From the NCBI RefSeq assembly GCF_009914755.1, contig NC_060933.1: a stretch of DNA of 64,000 bases, one strand, 5' to 3'. The notes beneath the pieces were generated by a model. It saw only the letters and a program-made list of their open reading frames with translations. It ran no database searches and had not been told where the DNA came from. The translations under genes were made by a program, and so were the position numbers. Below, in pieces: positions 39,301-54,690 of the stretch (positions are counted from its first letter, which is position 1; each line of letters starts with the position of its first letter). This stretch comes from the human T2T-CHM13v2.0 reference genome, Homo sapiens.

Positions 39301-42300
39301 AATGGAATGGAATGGAATGGAATGGAATGGAATCGTTCCGAGTGGAATAGGAGGGAATGTATTCGAGTGGAATGGAAAGGAATGGAATCAACCAGAGTGG
39401 AATGGAAGGGAATGGAATGGAATGGAAACTAATAGAATGGAATCAACCCGAGTGGAATAGAATGGAAAGGACTGGAATGGAATGGAATGGAATGGAATCA
39501 ACTCGTTTGTAATGGAATGGAATGGAATGGAATGGAATGGAATGGAATGGAATGGAATGGAATTAACCCGAATACAATGGAAGGGAATGGAATGGAATGG
39601 AAACTAATAGAATGGAATCAACCTGAGTGGAATGGAATGGAAAGGACTGGAATGGAATGGAATGGAATGGAATGGAATCAACTCGATTGTAATGGAATGG
39701 AATGGAATGGAATGGAATGGAATGGAATGGAATGGAGTGGAATGGAATGGAATCAACCCGAGTGCAGGGGAATGGAATGGAATGGAATGCAATGGAATGG
39801 AACCATCCGGAATGGAATGGAATGGAATGGAATGCAAAATAATGGAATCATCTCGATTGCAATGGAATGGAATGGAATAGAATGGAATGGAGTTAACACG
39901 AATAGAATGGAATGGAATGGAATTGAATGGAACAGAAAGGAATGGAATGGAATGGAATGGAATGGAATCGAATGGAATGGAGTGGAATTAACCGGAATAG
40001 AATGGAATGGAATGGAATGGAACGGAATGAAATGGAATGGAATGGAATGGAATGGAATGGAATCAACCCGAGTGCAGGGGAATGGAATGGAATGGAATGC
40101 AATGGAATGGAATCATCCGGAATGGAATGGAATGGAATGGAATGCCATCAACCTGATGCAATGGAATGGAGTGGAATGGAATGGAATGGAATGGAAACAT
40201 CCCGAATGGAATGGAATGGAATGGAGTGTAAGGGAATTGAATAGAATCAATCCGAATGTAATGGAATGGAATGGAATGAAATGGAATGGAATGGAATGGA
40301 ATGGAATCAACCCGAGTGCAATGGAATGGATTCGAATGGAATGGAATGGAATGGAATGGATTCAACAAGAATGGAATGGAAAGGAATGGAATCAACCCGA
40401 GTGTAATGGCATGGAATGGAACGGAATGGAATGGGATGGAATGGAATGGTATGGAATAGAATGGAATGGAATGAAATGGAAAAGAATGGAATGGAATGGA
40501 ATGGAATGGAATGGAATGAACCCGTGTGCAATGGAATGGAATGGAATGGAATGGAATGGATTCAACTCGAATGGAATCAACTCGATTGCAATGGAATGGA
40601 ATGGAATTGAAAGGAATAGAATGGAATCAACCCGAGTGGAATGGAATGGAAAGGACTGGAATGGAGTGGAATGGAATGGAATGGAATTAACCCGAATAGA
40701 ATGAAATGGAACGGAATGGAATGGAATGTAATGGAATGGAATGGAATGGAATCAACCCGAGTGCAGGGGAATGGAATGGAATGGAATGCAATGGAAAGGA
40801 ATCATCCGGAATGGAATGGAATGGAATTTAATGGAATGGAATGGAATCAACTCGATTTCAATGGAAATGGAAAGGAATAGAATGGAATGGAATTAACACG
40901 AATAGAATGGAATGGAATGGAATTGAATGGAACAGAAAGGAATGGAATGGAATGGAATGGAATCAACCCAAGTGCAGGGGAATGGAATGGAATGGAATTC
41001 AATGGAATGGAATCATCCGGAATGGAATGGAATGGAATGGAATGGAATGGAATGGAATGGAATGGAATGGAATCAACCCGAGTGCAATGGAATGGAGAGG
41101 AATGGAATCGAATGGAATGGAAACTACACGAATCGAATGGAATGTAATGGAGTGTAAGGGAATTGAATAGAATGAATCCGAATGGAATGGAATGGAAAGG
41201 AATGGAATGGAATGGAATGGAATGGAATGGAATGGAATGCAATGCCATGGAATCAACCCGAGTGCAATCGAATGGAATCGAATTGAATGGAATGCAATGG
41301 AATGGATTCAACTTGAATGGAATGGAAAGAATGGAATCAACACGAGTGGAATGGCATGGATTGGAATGGAATGGAATGGAATTAACCCGAGTACAGGGGA
41401 ATGGAATGGAATGGAATGGAATGGAATGGAATCATCCGTAATGTAATGGAAAGGAATGGAATGAAATGGAATGGAATGGAATCAACTCTATTGCAATCGA
41501 ATGGAATGGAATGGAATTAACCCGAATAGAATGGAATGGAATGGAATGGAATGGAACGGAACGGAACGGAACGGAACGGAATGGAATGGAATGGAATGGA
41601 ATGGAATGGAATGCAATGGAATCAACTGATTGCAATGGAATGGAATGGAATGGAATGGAATGGAATGGAATGGAATGGAATTAACCCGAATAGAATGGAA
41701 TGGAATTAAATGGAACGGAACGGAATGGAATGGAATGGAATGGAATGGAACGGAATGGAATGGAATGGAATGGAATCAACCCGACTGCAGGGGAATGGAA
41801 TGGAATGGATTGCAATGGAATGGATTCAACTTGAATGGAATGGAAAGAATGGAATCAACACGAGTGGAATGGCATGGATTGGAATGGAATGGAATGGAAT
41901 CAACCCGAGTACAGGGGAATGGAATGGAATGGAATGCAATGGAATGGAATCATCCGTAATGGAATGGAAAGGAATGGAATGGAATGGAATGGAATGGAAT
42001 GGAATGGAATGGAATGGAATCAACTCGATTGCAATGGAATGGAATGGAATGGAGTTAACCCAAATAGAATGGAATGGAATGGAATGGAACGGAAGGGAAC
42101 GGAATGGAATGGAATGGAATGGAATGGAATGGAACGGAAAGGAATGGAATGGAACGGAATGGAATGGAATGGAATGGAATGGAATGCATGGAATGGAATC
42201 AACCCGAGTTCAACGGAATGGAGAGGAATGGAATGGAATGGAATGGAAACTACCCGAATGGAATGGAATGGAATGGAGTGTAAGGGAATTGAATAGAATC

Positions 42301-45300
42301 AATCCGAATGTAATGGAATGGAATGGAACGGAATGGAATGGAATGGAATGGAATGGAATGGAATGGAATGGAATGCAATGGAATGGAATCAACCCGAGTG
42401 CAATGGAATGGAGAGGAATGGAATGGAATGGAATGGAAACTACCCGAATGGAATGGAATGTAATGGAGTGTAAGGAAATTGAATAGAATCAATCCGAATG
42501 TAATGGAATGGAATGGAATGGAATGGAATGGAATGGAATGGAATGCAATGGAATGGAATCAACCCGAGTGCAATCGAATGGAATCGAATGGAATGGAATG
42601 CAATGGAATAGATTCAACTTGAATGGAATGGAAAGAATGGAATCAACACGAGTGGAAGGGCATGGATTGGAATGGAATGGAATGGAATCAACCCGAGTAC
42701 AGGGGAATGGAATGGAATGGAATGCAATGGAATGGAATCATCCGTAATGGAATGGAAAGGAATGGAATGGAATGGAATGGAATCAACACGATTGCAATCG
42801 AATGGAATGGAATGGAATTAACCCGAATAGAATGGAATGGAATGGAATGGAACGGAACGGAATGGAATGGAATGGAATGGAATGGAATGGAATGGAATGG
42901 AACGGAACGGAATGGAATGGAATGGAATGGAATGGAATGGAATGGAATGGAATCAACGCGAGTGCAGGGGAATGGAATGGAATGGAATGCAATGCAATGG
43001 AATCTTCCGGAATGGAATGGAATGGAATGGAATGGAATGAAATGCAATGGATTCAACTCGATTGCAATGGAATGGAATAGAATGGAATGGAATGGAATGG
43101 AATGGAATTAACCCGAATAGAATGGAATGGAATGGAATGGAACGGAATGGAATGGAATGGAATGGAATGGATTGGAATGGTATCGAATGGAATGGAATGG
43201 TACGGAATAGAATGGAATGGAACGAATTGTAATGGAATGGAATTGAATGGAATGGAATGGAATGGAATGGAATCAACGCGAGTGCAGGGGAATGTAATGG
43301 AACGGAATGCAATGGAATGGAATCATCCGGAATGGAATGGAATGGAATGGAATCAACCCGAGTGCAATAGAATGCAATGGAATGGAATGGAATGGAATGG
43401 AACAACCCGAATGGAATGGAATGTAATGGAGAGTAAGGGAGTTGAATAGAATCAATCCGAATGTAATGGAATGGAATGCAACAGAATGGAATGGAATGGA
43501 ATGGAATGGAATGCAATGGAATGGAATCAACCAGAGCACAAGGGAATGGAATGGAATGGAATGGAATGGAATGGATTGGAATGGAATGGAATGGAATTGA
43601 ATGGAATGGAATGCCTTCAAACCGAATGGAATGGAAAGCAATGGAATCAACACGAGTGGAATGGAATGGAATGGAAAGGAATGGAATGGAATGGAATGGT
43701 ACGGAATATAATGGAATGGAACGAAATGGAATGGAATGCAATGGAATGGAATGGAATGGAATGGAATGGAATGGAATGGAATGGAACCGTTCCGAGTGGA
43801 ATAGGAGGGAATGTATTCGAGTGGAATGGAAATGAATGGAATCAACCAGAGTGGAATGGAAGGGAATGGAATGGAATGGAAACTAATAGAATGGAATCAA
43901 CCCGAGTGGAATGGAATGGAAAGGACTGGAATGGAATGGAATGGAATGGAATGGAATCAACTCAATTGTAATGGAATGGAATGGAATGGAATGGAATGGA
44001 ATGGAATGGAATGGAATTAACCCGAATACAATGGAATGGAATGGAATGGAACGGAATGGAGTGGAATGGAATGGAATCAACCCGAGTGCAGGGGAATGGA
44101 AGGGAATGGAATGCAATGGAATGGAATCATCCGGAATGGAATGGAATGGAATGGAATGCAAAGCAATGGAATCAACTCGATTGCAATGGAATGGAATGGA
44201 ATGGAAAGGAATACATTGGAATCAACCCGAGTGGAATGGAATGGAAAGGACTGGAATGGAGTGGAATGGAATGGAATGGAATGGAAAGGAATCAACTCGA
44301 TTGGAATGGAATGGAATGGAATGGAATGGAATGGAATGGAATGGAATTAACCCGAATAGAATGGAATGGAATGGAATGGAACGGAACGGAACGGAACGGA
44401 ACAGAACGGAACGGAACGGAATGGAATGGAATGGAATGGAATGGAATCAACCCGACTGCAGGGGAATGGAATGGAATGGAATGCAATGGAATGGATTCAA
44501 CCTGAATGGAATGGAAAGAATGGAATCAACACGAGTGGAATGGCATGGATTGGAATGGAATGGAATGGAATCAACCCGAGTACAGGGGAATGGAATGGAA
44601 TGGAATGCAATGGAATGGAATCATCCGTAATGGAATGGAAAGGAATGGAATGGAATGGAATGGAATGGAATGGAATGGAATCAACTCGATTGCAATCGAA
44701 TGGAATGGAATGGAATTAACCCGAATAGAATGGAATGGAATGGAATGGAATGGAACGGAACGGAATGGAATGGAATGGAATGGAATGGAATGGAACGGAA
44801 AGGAATGGAATGGAATGGAATGGAATGGAATGGAATGGAATGGAATGGAATCAACGCGAGTGCTGGGGAATGGAATGGAATGGAATGCAATGGAATGGAA
44901 TCTTCCGGAATGGAATGGAATGGAATGGAATGGAATCAACCCGAGTGCAATGGAATGGAATGGAATGGAATGGAATTAACCGGAATAGAATGGAATGGAA
45001 TGGAATGGAACGGAATGGAATGGAATGGAAGGGAATGGAATCAACACGAGTGCAGGGGAATGGAATGGAATGGAATGCAATGGAATGAAATCATCCGGAA
45101 TGGAATGGAATGGAATGGAATCAACTCCATTGCAATGGAATGGAATGGAATAGAATGGAATGGAATTAACCCGAATAGAATGGAATGCAATAGAATGGAA
45201 TGCAACGGAACCGAATGGAGTGGAATGGAATGCAATGGAATGGAATGGAATGGAATGGAATGGAATCAACTCGATGGCAATCGAATGGAATGGAATGGAA

Positions 45301-48300
45301 TTAACCCGAATAGAATGGAATGGAATGGAATGGAACGGAACGGAATGGAATGGAATGGAATCGAATGGAATGGAACGGAACGGAACGGAATGGAATGGAA
45401 TGGAATGGAATGGAATGGAATCAACGCGAGTGCAGGGGAATGGAATGTAATGGAATGCAATGGAATGGAATCTTCCGGAATGGAATGGAATGGAATGGAA
45501 TGCAATGGATTCAACTCGATTGCAACGGAATGGAATAGAATGGAATGGAATGGAATGGAATGGAATTAACCCGAATAGAATGGAATGGAATGGAACGGAA
45601 TGGAACGGAACGGAATGGAATGGAATGGAATGGAATGGAATGGAATGGAATGGAATGGTGTGGAATGGAATGGAATGGAATGAATCAACGCGAGTGCAGG
45701 GGAATGTAATGGAACGGAATGTAAAGGAATGGAATCATCCGGAATGGAATGGAATGGAATGGAATGGAATGGAATCAACCCGAGTGCAATGGAATGGAGT
45801 GGAATGTAATGGAATGGAATGGAACAACCCGAATGGAATGGAATGTAATGGAGAGTAAGGGAGTTGAATAGAATCAATCCGAATGTAATGGAATGGAATG
45901 CAACGGAATGGAATGGAATGGAATGGAATGCAATTGAATGGAATCAACCCGAGTACAATGGAATGGAATGGAATGGAATGGAATGGAATGGAATGGAATG
46001 GAATGGCTTCAAACCGAATGGAATGGAAAGGAATGGAATCAACACGAGTGGAATGGAATGGAATGGAATGGAATGGAATGGAATGGAATGGTATGGAATA
46101 GAATGGAATGGAAAGAAATGGAATGGAATGGAATGGAATGGAATGGAATGGAATGGAATCGTTCCGAGTGGAATAGGAGGGAATCTATTCGAGTGGATTG
46201 GAAAGGAATGGAATCAACCAGAGTGGAATGGAAGGGAATGGAATGGAATGGAAACTAATAGAATGGAATCAACCCGAGTGGAATGGAATGGACAGGACTG
46301 GAATGGAATGGAATGGAATGGAATGGAATGGAATCAACTCGATTGTAATGGAATGGAATGGAATGGAATGGAATGGAATGGAATGGAATTAACTCAAATA
46401 CAATGGAATGGAATGGAATGGAACGGAATGGAGTGGAATGGAATGGAATCAACCCGAGTGTAGGGCAATGGAATGGAATGGAATGCAATGGAATGGAATC
46501 ATCCGGAATGGAATGGAATGGAATGGAATGCAAAGCAATGGAATCAACTCGATTGCAATGGAATGGAATGGACTGGAAAGGAATACATTGGAATCAACCC
46601 GAGTGGAATGGAATGGAAAGGACTGGAATGGAGTGGAATGGAATGGAATGGAATGGAATGGAATCAACTCGATTGGAATGGAATGGAATGGAATGGAATG
46701 GAATGGAATGGAATGGAATTAACCCGAATAGAATGGAATGGAATTAAATGGAACGGAACGGAATGAAATGGGATGGAATGGAATGGAATGGAATGGAATG
46801 GAATGGAATGGAATCAACCCGACTGCAAGGGAATGGAATGGAATGGAATGCAATGGAATGGATTCAACTTGAATGGAATGGAAAGAATGGAATCAACACG
46901 AGTGGAATGGCATGGATTGGAATGGAATGGAATGGAATCAACCCGAGTACAGGGGAATGGAATGGAATGGAATGCAATGGAATGGAATCATCCGTAATGG
47001 AATGGAAAGGAATGGAATGGAATGGAATGGAATCAACACGATTGCAATCGAATGGAATGGAATGGAATTAACCCGAATAGAATGGAATGGAATGGAATGT
47101 AACGGAACGGAATGGAATGGAATGGAATGGAATGGAATGGAACGGTATAGAATGGAATGGAACAAAATGGAATGTAATGCAATGGAATGGAATGGAATGG
47201 AATGGAATGGAATGGAATGGAATCGTTCCGAGTGGAATAGGAGGGAATGTATTCGAGTGGAATGGAAAGGAATGGAATCAACCAGAGTGGAATGGAAGGG
47301 AATGGAATGGAATGGAAACTAATAGAATGGAATCAACCCGAGTGGAATGGAATGGAAAGGACTGGAATGGAATGGAATGAAATGGAATGGAATCAACTCA
47401 ATAGTAATGGAATGGAATGGAATGGAATGGAATGGAATGGAATGGAATGGAATGGAATGGAATGGAATTAACCCGAATACAATGGAATGGAATGGAATGG
47501 AACGGAATGGAGTGGAATGGAATGGAATCAACCCGAGTGCAGGGGAATGGAATGGAATGGAATGGAATGCAATGGAATGCAATCATCCGGAATGGAATGG
47601 AATGGAATGGAATGCAAACCAATGGAATCAACTCGATTGCAATGGAATGGAATGGAATAGAAAGGAATAGAATGGAATCAACCCGAGTGGAATAGAATGG
47701 AAAGGACTGGAATGGAGTGGAATGGAATGGAACGGAATGGAATGGAATCAACTCGATTGGAATGGAATGGAATGGAATGGAATGGAATTAACCCGAATAC
47801 AATGGAATGGAATGGAATGGAACGGAATGGAATGGAATAGAATGGAATGGAATGGAATGGAATGGAATCAACCCGACTGCAGGGGAATGGAATGGAATGG
47901 AATGCAATGGAATGGAATCATCCGGAACGGAATGGAATGGAATGGAATGGAATCAACTCGATTGCAATGGAATGGAATGGAATGGAATGGAATCAAATGG
48001 AATGGAATGGAATTAACCCGAATAGAATGGAATGGATTGGAATGGAATGGAATGGAACGGAACGGAACGGAACGGAATGGAATGGAATGGAATGGAATGG
48101 AATGGAATGGAATCAACCCGAGTGCAGGGGAATGGAATAGAATGGAATGCAATGGAATGGAATCATCCGGAATGGAATGGAATGGTATGGAATGGAATGC
48201 AATCAACCTGATGCAATGGAATGGAGTGGAATGGAATGGAATGGAATGGAAACATCCCGAATGGAATGGAATGTAATGGAGTGTAAGGGAATTGAATAGA

Positions 48301-51300
48301 ATCAATCCGAATGTAATGGAATGGAATGGAATGAAATGAAATGGAATGGAATGGAATGGAATCAACCAGAGTGCAATGGGATGGATTCGAATGGAATGGA
48401 ATGGAATGGAATGGATTCAACAACAATGGAATGGAAAGGAATGGAATCAACCCGAGTGTAATGGCATGGAATGGAACGGAATGGAATGGGATGGAATGGA
48501 ATGGTATGGAATAGAATGGAATGGAATGAAATGGAATGGAATGGAATGGAATGGAATGGAATGGAATGGAATGGAATGAACCCGTGTGCAGTGGAATGGA
48601 ATGGAATGAAATGGAATGGAATGGATTCAACTCGAATGGAATCAACTCGGTTGCAATCGAATGGAACGGAATGGAAAGGAATAGAATGGAATCAACCCGA
48701 GTGGAATGGAATGGAAAGGACTGGAATGGAATGGAATGGAATGGAATGGAATTAACACGAATAGAATGGAATGGAACAGAATGGAACGGAATGGAATGGA
48801 ATGGAATGGAATGGAATCAACCCGAGTGCAGGGGAATGGAATGGAATGGAATGCAATCGAATGGAATCATCCGGAATGGAATGGAATGGAATGGCATGGA
48901 ATGGAATGGAATGGAATCAACTCGATTTCAATGGAATGGAATGGAATAGAATGGAATGGAATTAACACGAATAGAATGGAATGGAATGGAATGGAACAGA
49001 AAGGAATGGAATGGAATGGAATCAACCCAAGTGCAGGGGAATGGAATGGAATGGAATTCAATGGAATGGAATCATCCGGAATGGAATGGAATGGAATGGA
49101 ATGGAATGGAGTGGAATGGAATGGAATCAACCCGTGTGCAATGGAATGGAGAGGAATGGAATGGAATGGAATGGAAACTACCCGAATGGAATGGAATGTA
49201 ATGGAGTGTAAGGGAATTGATTAGAATGAATCCGAATGGAATGGAATGGAATGGAAAGGAATGGAATGGAATGGAATGGAATAGAATGGAATGCAATGCC
49301 ATGGAATCAACCCGAGTGAAATCGAATGGAATTGAATGGAATGGAATGCAATGGAATGGATTCAACTTGAATGGAATGGAAAGAATGGAATCAAAACGAG
49401 TGGAATGGCATGGATTGGAATGGAATGGAATGGAATCAACCCGTGTACAGGGGAATGGAATGGAATGGAATGCAATGGAATGGAATCATCCGTAATGGAA
49501 TGGAAAGGAATGGAATGTAATCGGATGGAATGCAGTGGAATGGAATGGAATCAACTCGATTGCAATCGAATGGAATGGAATGGAATTAACCCGAATAGAA
49601 TGGAATGGAATGGAATGGAACGGAAAGGAACGGAACGGAATGGAATGGAATGGAATGGAATGGAATGGAATGGAATGGAATGGTATGGAATAGAATGGAA
49701 TGGAATGGAATGGTATGGAATAGAATGGAATGGAAAGAAATGGAATGGAATGGAATGGAATGGAATGGAATGGAATGGAATGGAATCGTTCCGAGTGGAA
49801 TAGGAGGGAATGTATTCGAGTGGATTGGAAAGGAATGGAATCAACCAGAGTGGAATGGAAGGGAATGGAATGGAATGGAAACTAATAGAATGGAATCAAC
49901 CCGAGTGGAATGGAATGGAACGGACTGGAATGGAATGGAATGGAATGGAATCAACTCGTTTGTAATGGAATGGAATGGAATGGAATGGAATGGAATTAAC
50001 CCGAATACAATGGAAGGGAATGGAATGGAATGGAAACTAATAGAATGGAATCAACCCGAGTGGAATGGAATGGAAAGGACTGGAATGGAATGGAATGGAA
50101 TGGAATGGAATGGAATCAACTCGATTGTAATGGAATGGAATGGAATGGAATGGAATGGAATGGAATGGAATGGAATTAACCCAAATACAATGGAATGGAA
50201 TGGAATGGAACGGAATGGAGTGGAATGGAATGGAATCAACCCGAGTGCAGGGGAATGGAATGGAATGGAATGCAATGGAATGGAATCATCCGGAATGGAA
50301 TGGAATGGAATGGAAAGCAAAGCAATGGAATCAACTCGATTGCAATGGAATACAATGGACTGGAAAGGAATACATTGGAATCAACCCGAGTGGAATGGAA
50401 TGGAAAGGACTGGAATGGAGTGGAATGGAATGGAATGGAATGGAATGGAATCAACTCGATTGGAATGGAATGGAATGGAATGGAATGGAATGGAATGGAA
50501 TTAACCCGAATAGAATGGAATGGAATTAAATGGAACGGAACGGAAAGAAATGGGATGGAATGGAATGGAATGGAATGGAATGGAATGGAATCAACCCGAC
50601 TGCAGGGGAATGGAATGGAATGGAATGCAATGGAATGGAATGGAATGGAATGGAATCAACCCGAGTGCAATCGAATGGAATCGAATGGAATGCAATGCAA
50701 TGGAATGGATTCAACTTGAATGGAATGGAAAGAATGGAATCAACACGAGTGGAATGGCATGGATTGGAATGGAATGGAATGGAATCAACCCGAGTACAGG
50801 GGAATGGAATGGAATGGAATGCAATGGAATGGAATCATCCGTAATGGAATGGAAAGGAATGGAATGGAATGGAATGGAATGGAATGGAATGGAATCAACT
50901 CGATTGCAATCGAATGGAATGGAATGGAATTAACCCAAATAGAATGGAATGGAATGGAATGGAACGGAACGGAATGGAATGGAATGGAATGGAATGGAAC
51001 GGAACGGAACGGAACGGAACGGAATGGAATGGAATGGAATGGAATGGAATCAACGCGAGTGTAGGGGAATGGAATGGAATGGAATGCAATGGAATGGAAT
51101 CTTCCGGAATGGAATGGAATGGAATGGAATGAAATGCAATGGATTCAACTGGATTGCAATGGAATGGAATAGAATGGAATGGAATGGAATGGAATGGAAT
51201 TAACCCGAATAGAATGGAATGGAATGGAATGGATCGGAATGGAACGGAATGGAATGGAATGGAATGGAACGGAATGGAATGGAATGGAATGGAATGGAAT

Positions 51301-54300
51301 GGAACGGAAAGGAATGGAATGGAATGGAATGCAATGGAATGGAATGGAATGGAATCAACGCGAGGGCAGGGGAATGCAAGGGAATGGAATGCAATGGAAT
51401 GGAATCTTCCGGAATGGAATGGAATGGAACGGAATCAACCCGAGTGCAATGGAATGGAGTGGAATGGAATGGAATGGAATGGAACAACCCGAATAGAATG
51501 GAATGTAATGGAGAGTAAGGGAGTTGAATAGAATCAATCCGAATGTAATGGAATGGAATGGAAAGGAATGGAATGGAACGGAACGGAATGGAATGGAATG
51601 GAATGGAATGGAATGGAATTGTATGGAATGGAATGGAATGGTACGGAATAGAATGGAATGGAACGAATTGTAATGGAATGGAATTGAATGGAATGGAATG
51701 GAATCAACGCGAGTGCAGGGGAATGTAATGGAACGGAATGCAATGGAATGGAATCATCCGGAATGGAATGGAATGGAATGGAGTGGAATGGAATCAACCC
51801 GAGTGCAATGGAATGGAATGGAATGGAATGGAATGGAATGGAACAACCCGAATGGAATGGAATGTAATGGAGAGTAAGGGAGTTGAATAGAATCAATCCG
51901 AATGCAATGGAATGGAATGCAACGGAATGGAATGGAATGGAATGGAATGGAATGGAATGGAATGCAATGGAATAGAATCAACCCGAGTACAATGGAATGG
52001 AAAGGGATGGAATGGAATGCAATGGAATGGAATGGAATTGAATGGAATGGAATGCCTTCAAACCGAATGGAATGGAAAGGAATGGAATAAACACGAGTGG
52101 AATGGAATGGAATGCAAAGTAATGGAATGGAATGGAATGGTACGGAATAGAATGGAATGGAACGAATTGGAATGGAATGGAATGAAATGGAATGGAATGG
52201 AATGGAATGGAATCGTTCCGAGTGGAATAGGAGGGAATGTATTCGAGTGGAATGGAAAGGAATGGAATCAACCAGAGTGGAATGGAAGGGAATGGAATGG
52301 AATGGAGACAAATAGAATGGAATCAACCCGAGTGGAATGGAATGGAAAGACTGGAATAGAATGGAATGGAATGGAATGGAATGGAATGGAATGGAATGGA
52401 ATGGAATTAACCCGAATAAAATGGAATGGAATGGAATGGAATGGAACGGAATGGAGTGGAATGGAATGGAATCAACCCGAGTGCAGGGGAATGGAATGGA
52501 ATGGAATGCAATGGAATGGAATCATCCAGAATGGAATGGAATGGAATGGAATGCAAAGCAATGGAATCAACTCGATTGCAATGGGATGGAATGGAATGGA
52601 AAGGAATAGAATGGAATCAACCCGAGTGGAATGGAATGGAAAGGACTGGAATGGAGTGGAATGGAATGGAATGGAATGGAATGGAATCAACTCGATTCGA
52701 ATGCAATGGAATGGAAAGGAATGGAATGGAATGGAATGGAATTAACCCGAATAGAATGGAATGGAGAGGAATGGAACGGAATGGAATCGAATGGAATGGA
52801 ATCAACCCGACTGCAGGGTAATGGAATGGAATGGAATGGAATGGAATGGAATGGAATCATCCGGAACGGAATGGAATGGAATGGAATGGAATCAACTCGA
52901 TTGCAATGGAATGGAATGGAATGGAATGGAATCGAATGGAATGGAATGGAATTAACCGGAATAGAATGCAATGGAATGGAATGGAACGGAACGGAACGGA
53001 ATGGAATGGAATGGAATGGAATGGAATAGAATGGAATCAACCCGAGTGCAGGGGAATGGAATGGAATAGAATGCAATGTAATGGAATCATCCGGAATGGA
53101 ATGGAATGGAAAGGAATGCAATCAACCTGATGCAATGGAATGGAGTGGAATGGAATGGAATGGAATGGAAACATCCCGAATGGAATGGAATGGAATGGAG
53201 TGTAAGGGAATTGAATAGAATCAATCCGAATGTAATGGAATGGAATGGAATGAAATGGAATGGAATGGAATCAACCCGAGTGCAATGGAATGGATTCGAA
53301 TGGAATGGAATGGAATGGAATGCATTCAACAAGAATGGAATGGAAAGGAACGGAATCAACCCGAGTGTAATGGAATGGAATGGAACGGAATGGAATGGGA
53401 TGGAATGGAATGGTACGGAATAGAATGGAATGGAATGAAATGGAATGGAATGGAATGGAATGGAATGGAATGAACCCGTGTGCAATGGAATGGAATGGAA
53501 TGGAATGGAATGGATTCAACTCGAATGGAATCAACTCGATTGCAATGGAATGGAATGGAATGGAAAGGAATAGAATGGAATCAACCCGAGTGAAATGGAA
53601 TGGAAAGGACTGGAATGGAGTGGAATGGAATGGAATGGAATTAACCCGAATAGAATGGAATGGAACGGAATGGAACGGAATGTAATGGAATGGAATGGAA
53701 TGGAATCAACCCGAGTGCAGGGGAATGGAATGGAATGGAATGCAATGGAATCGAATCATCCAGAATGGAATGGAATGGAATGGAATGGAATGGAATGGAA
53801 TGGGATGGAATCAACTCGATTTCAATGGAATGGAATGGAATAGAATGGAATGGAATTAACAAGAATAGAATGGAATGGAATGGAATAGAATGGAACAGAA
53901 AGGAATGGAATGGAATGGAATGGAATCAACCCAAGTGCAGGGGAATGGAATGGAATGGAATTCCATGGAATGGAATCATCCGGAATGGAATGGAATGGAA
54001 TGGAATGGAATGGAATCAACCCGAGTGCAATGGAATGGAGAGGAATGGAATGGAATGGAATGGAAACTACCCGAATGGAATGGAATGTAATGGAGTGTAA
54101 GGGAATTGAATAGAATGAATCCGAATGGAATGGAATGGAATGGAATGGAATGGAATGGAATGGAATGCAATGCCATGGAATCAACACGAGTGCAATCGAA
54201 TGGAATCGAATGGAATGGAATGCAATGGAATGGATTCAACTTGAATGGAATGGAAAGAATGGAATCAACACGAGTGGAATGGCATGGATTGGAATGGAAT

Positions 54301-54620
54301 GGAATGGAATCAACCCGAGTACAGGGGAATGGAATGGAATGGAATGAAATGGAATGGAATCATCCGAAAGGTAATGGAAAGGAATGGAATGGAATGGAAT
54401 GGAATGGAATGGAATGGAATGGAGTGTAATGGAATCAACTCGATTGCAATCGAATGGAATGGAATGGAATGGAACGGAACGGAATGGAATGGAATGGAAT
54501 GGAATGGAATGGAATGGAAAGGATCGGAATGGAATGGAATGGAATGGAATGGAATGGAATGGAATGGAATGGAATCAACGCGAGTGCAGGGGAATGGAAT
54601 GGAATGGAATGCAATGGAAT

Positions 54621-54690
54621 GGAATCTTCCAGAATGGAATGGAATGGAATGGAATGGAATGGAATGCAATGGAATGGAATCTTCCAGAAT
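54621..54690. promoter_or_regulatory. Two perfect HSEs 55 bp apart (gGAAt-cTTCc-aGAAt x2)
   Basis: GGAATCTTCCAGAAT at 54621-54635 and 54676-54690, from a local 55-bp duplication. Confidence 0.55.
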
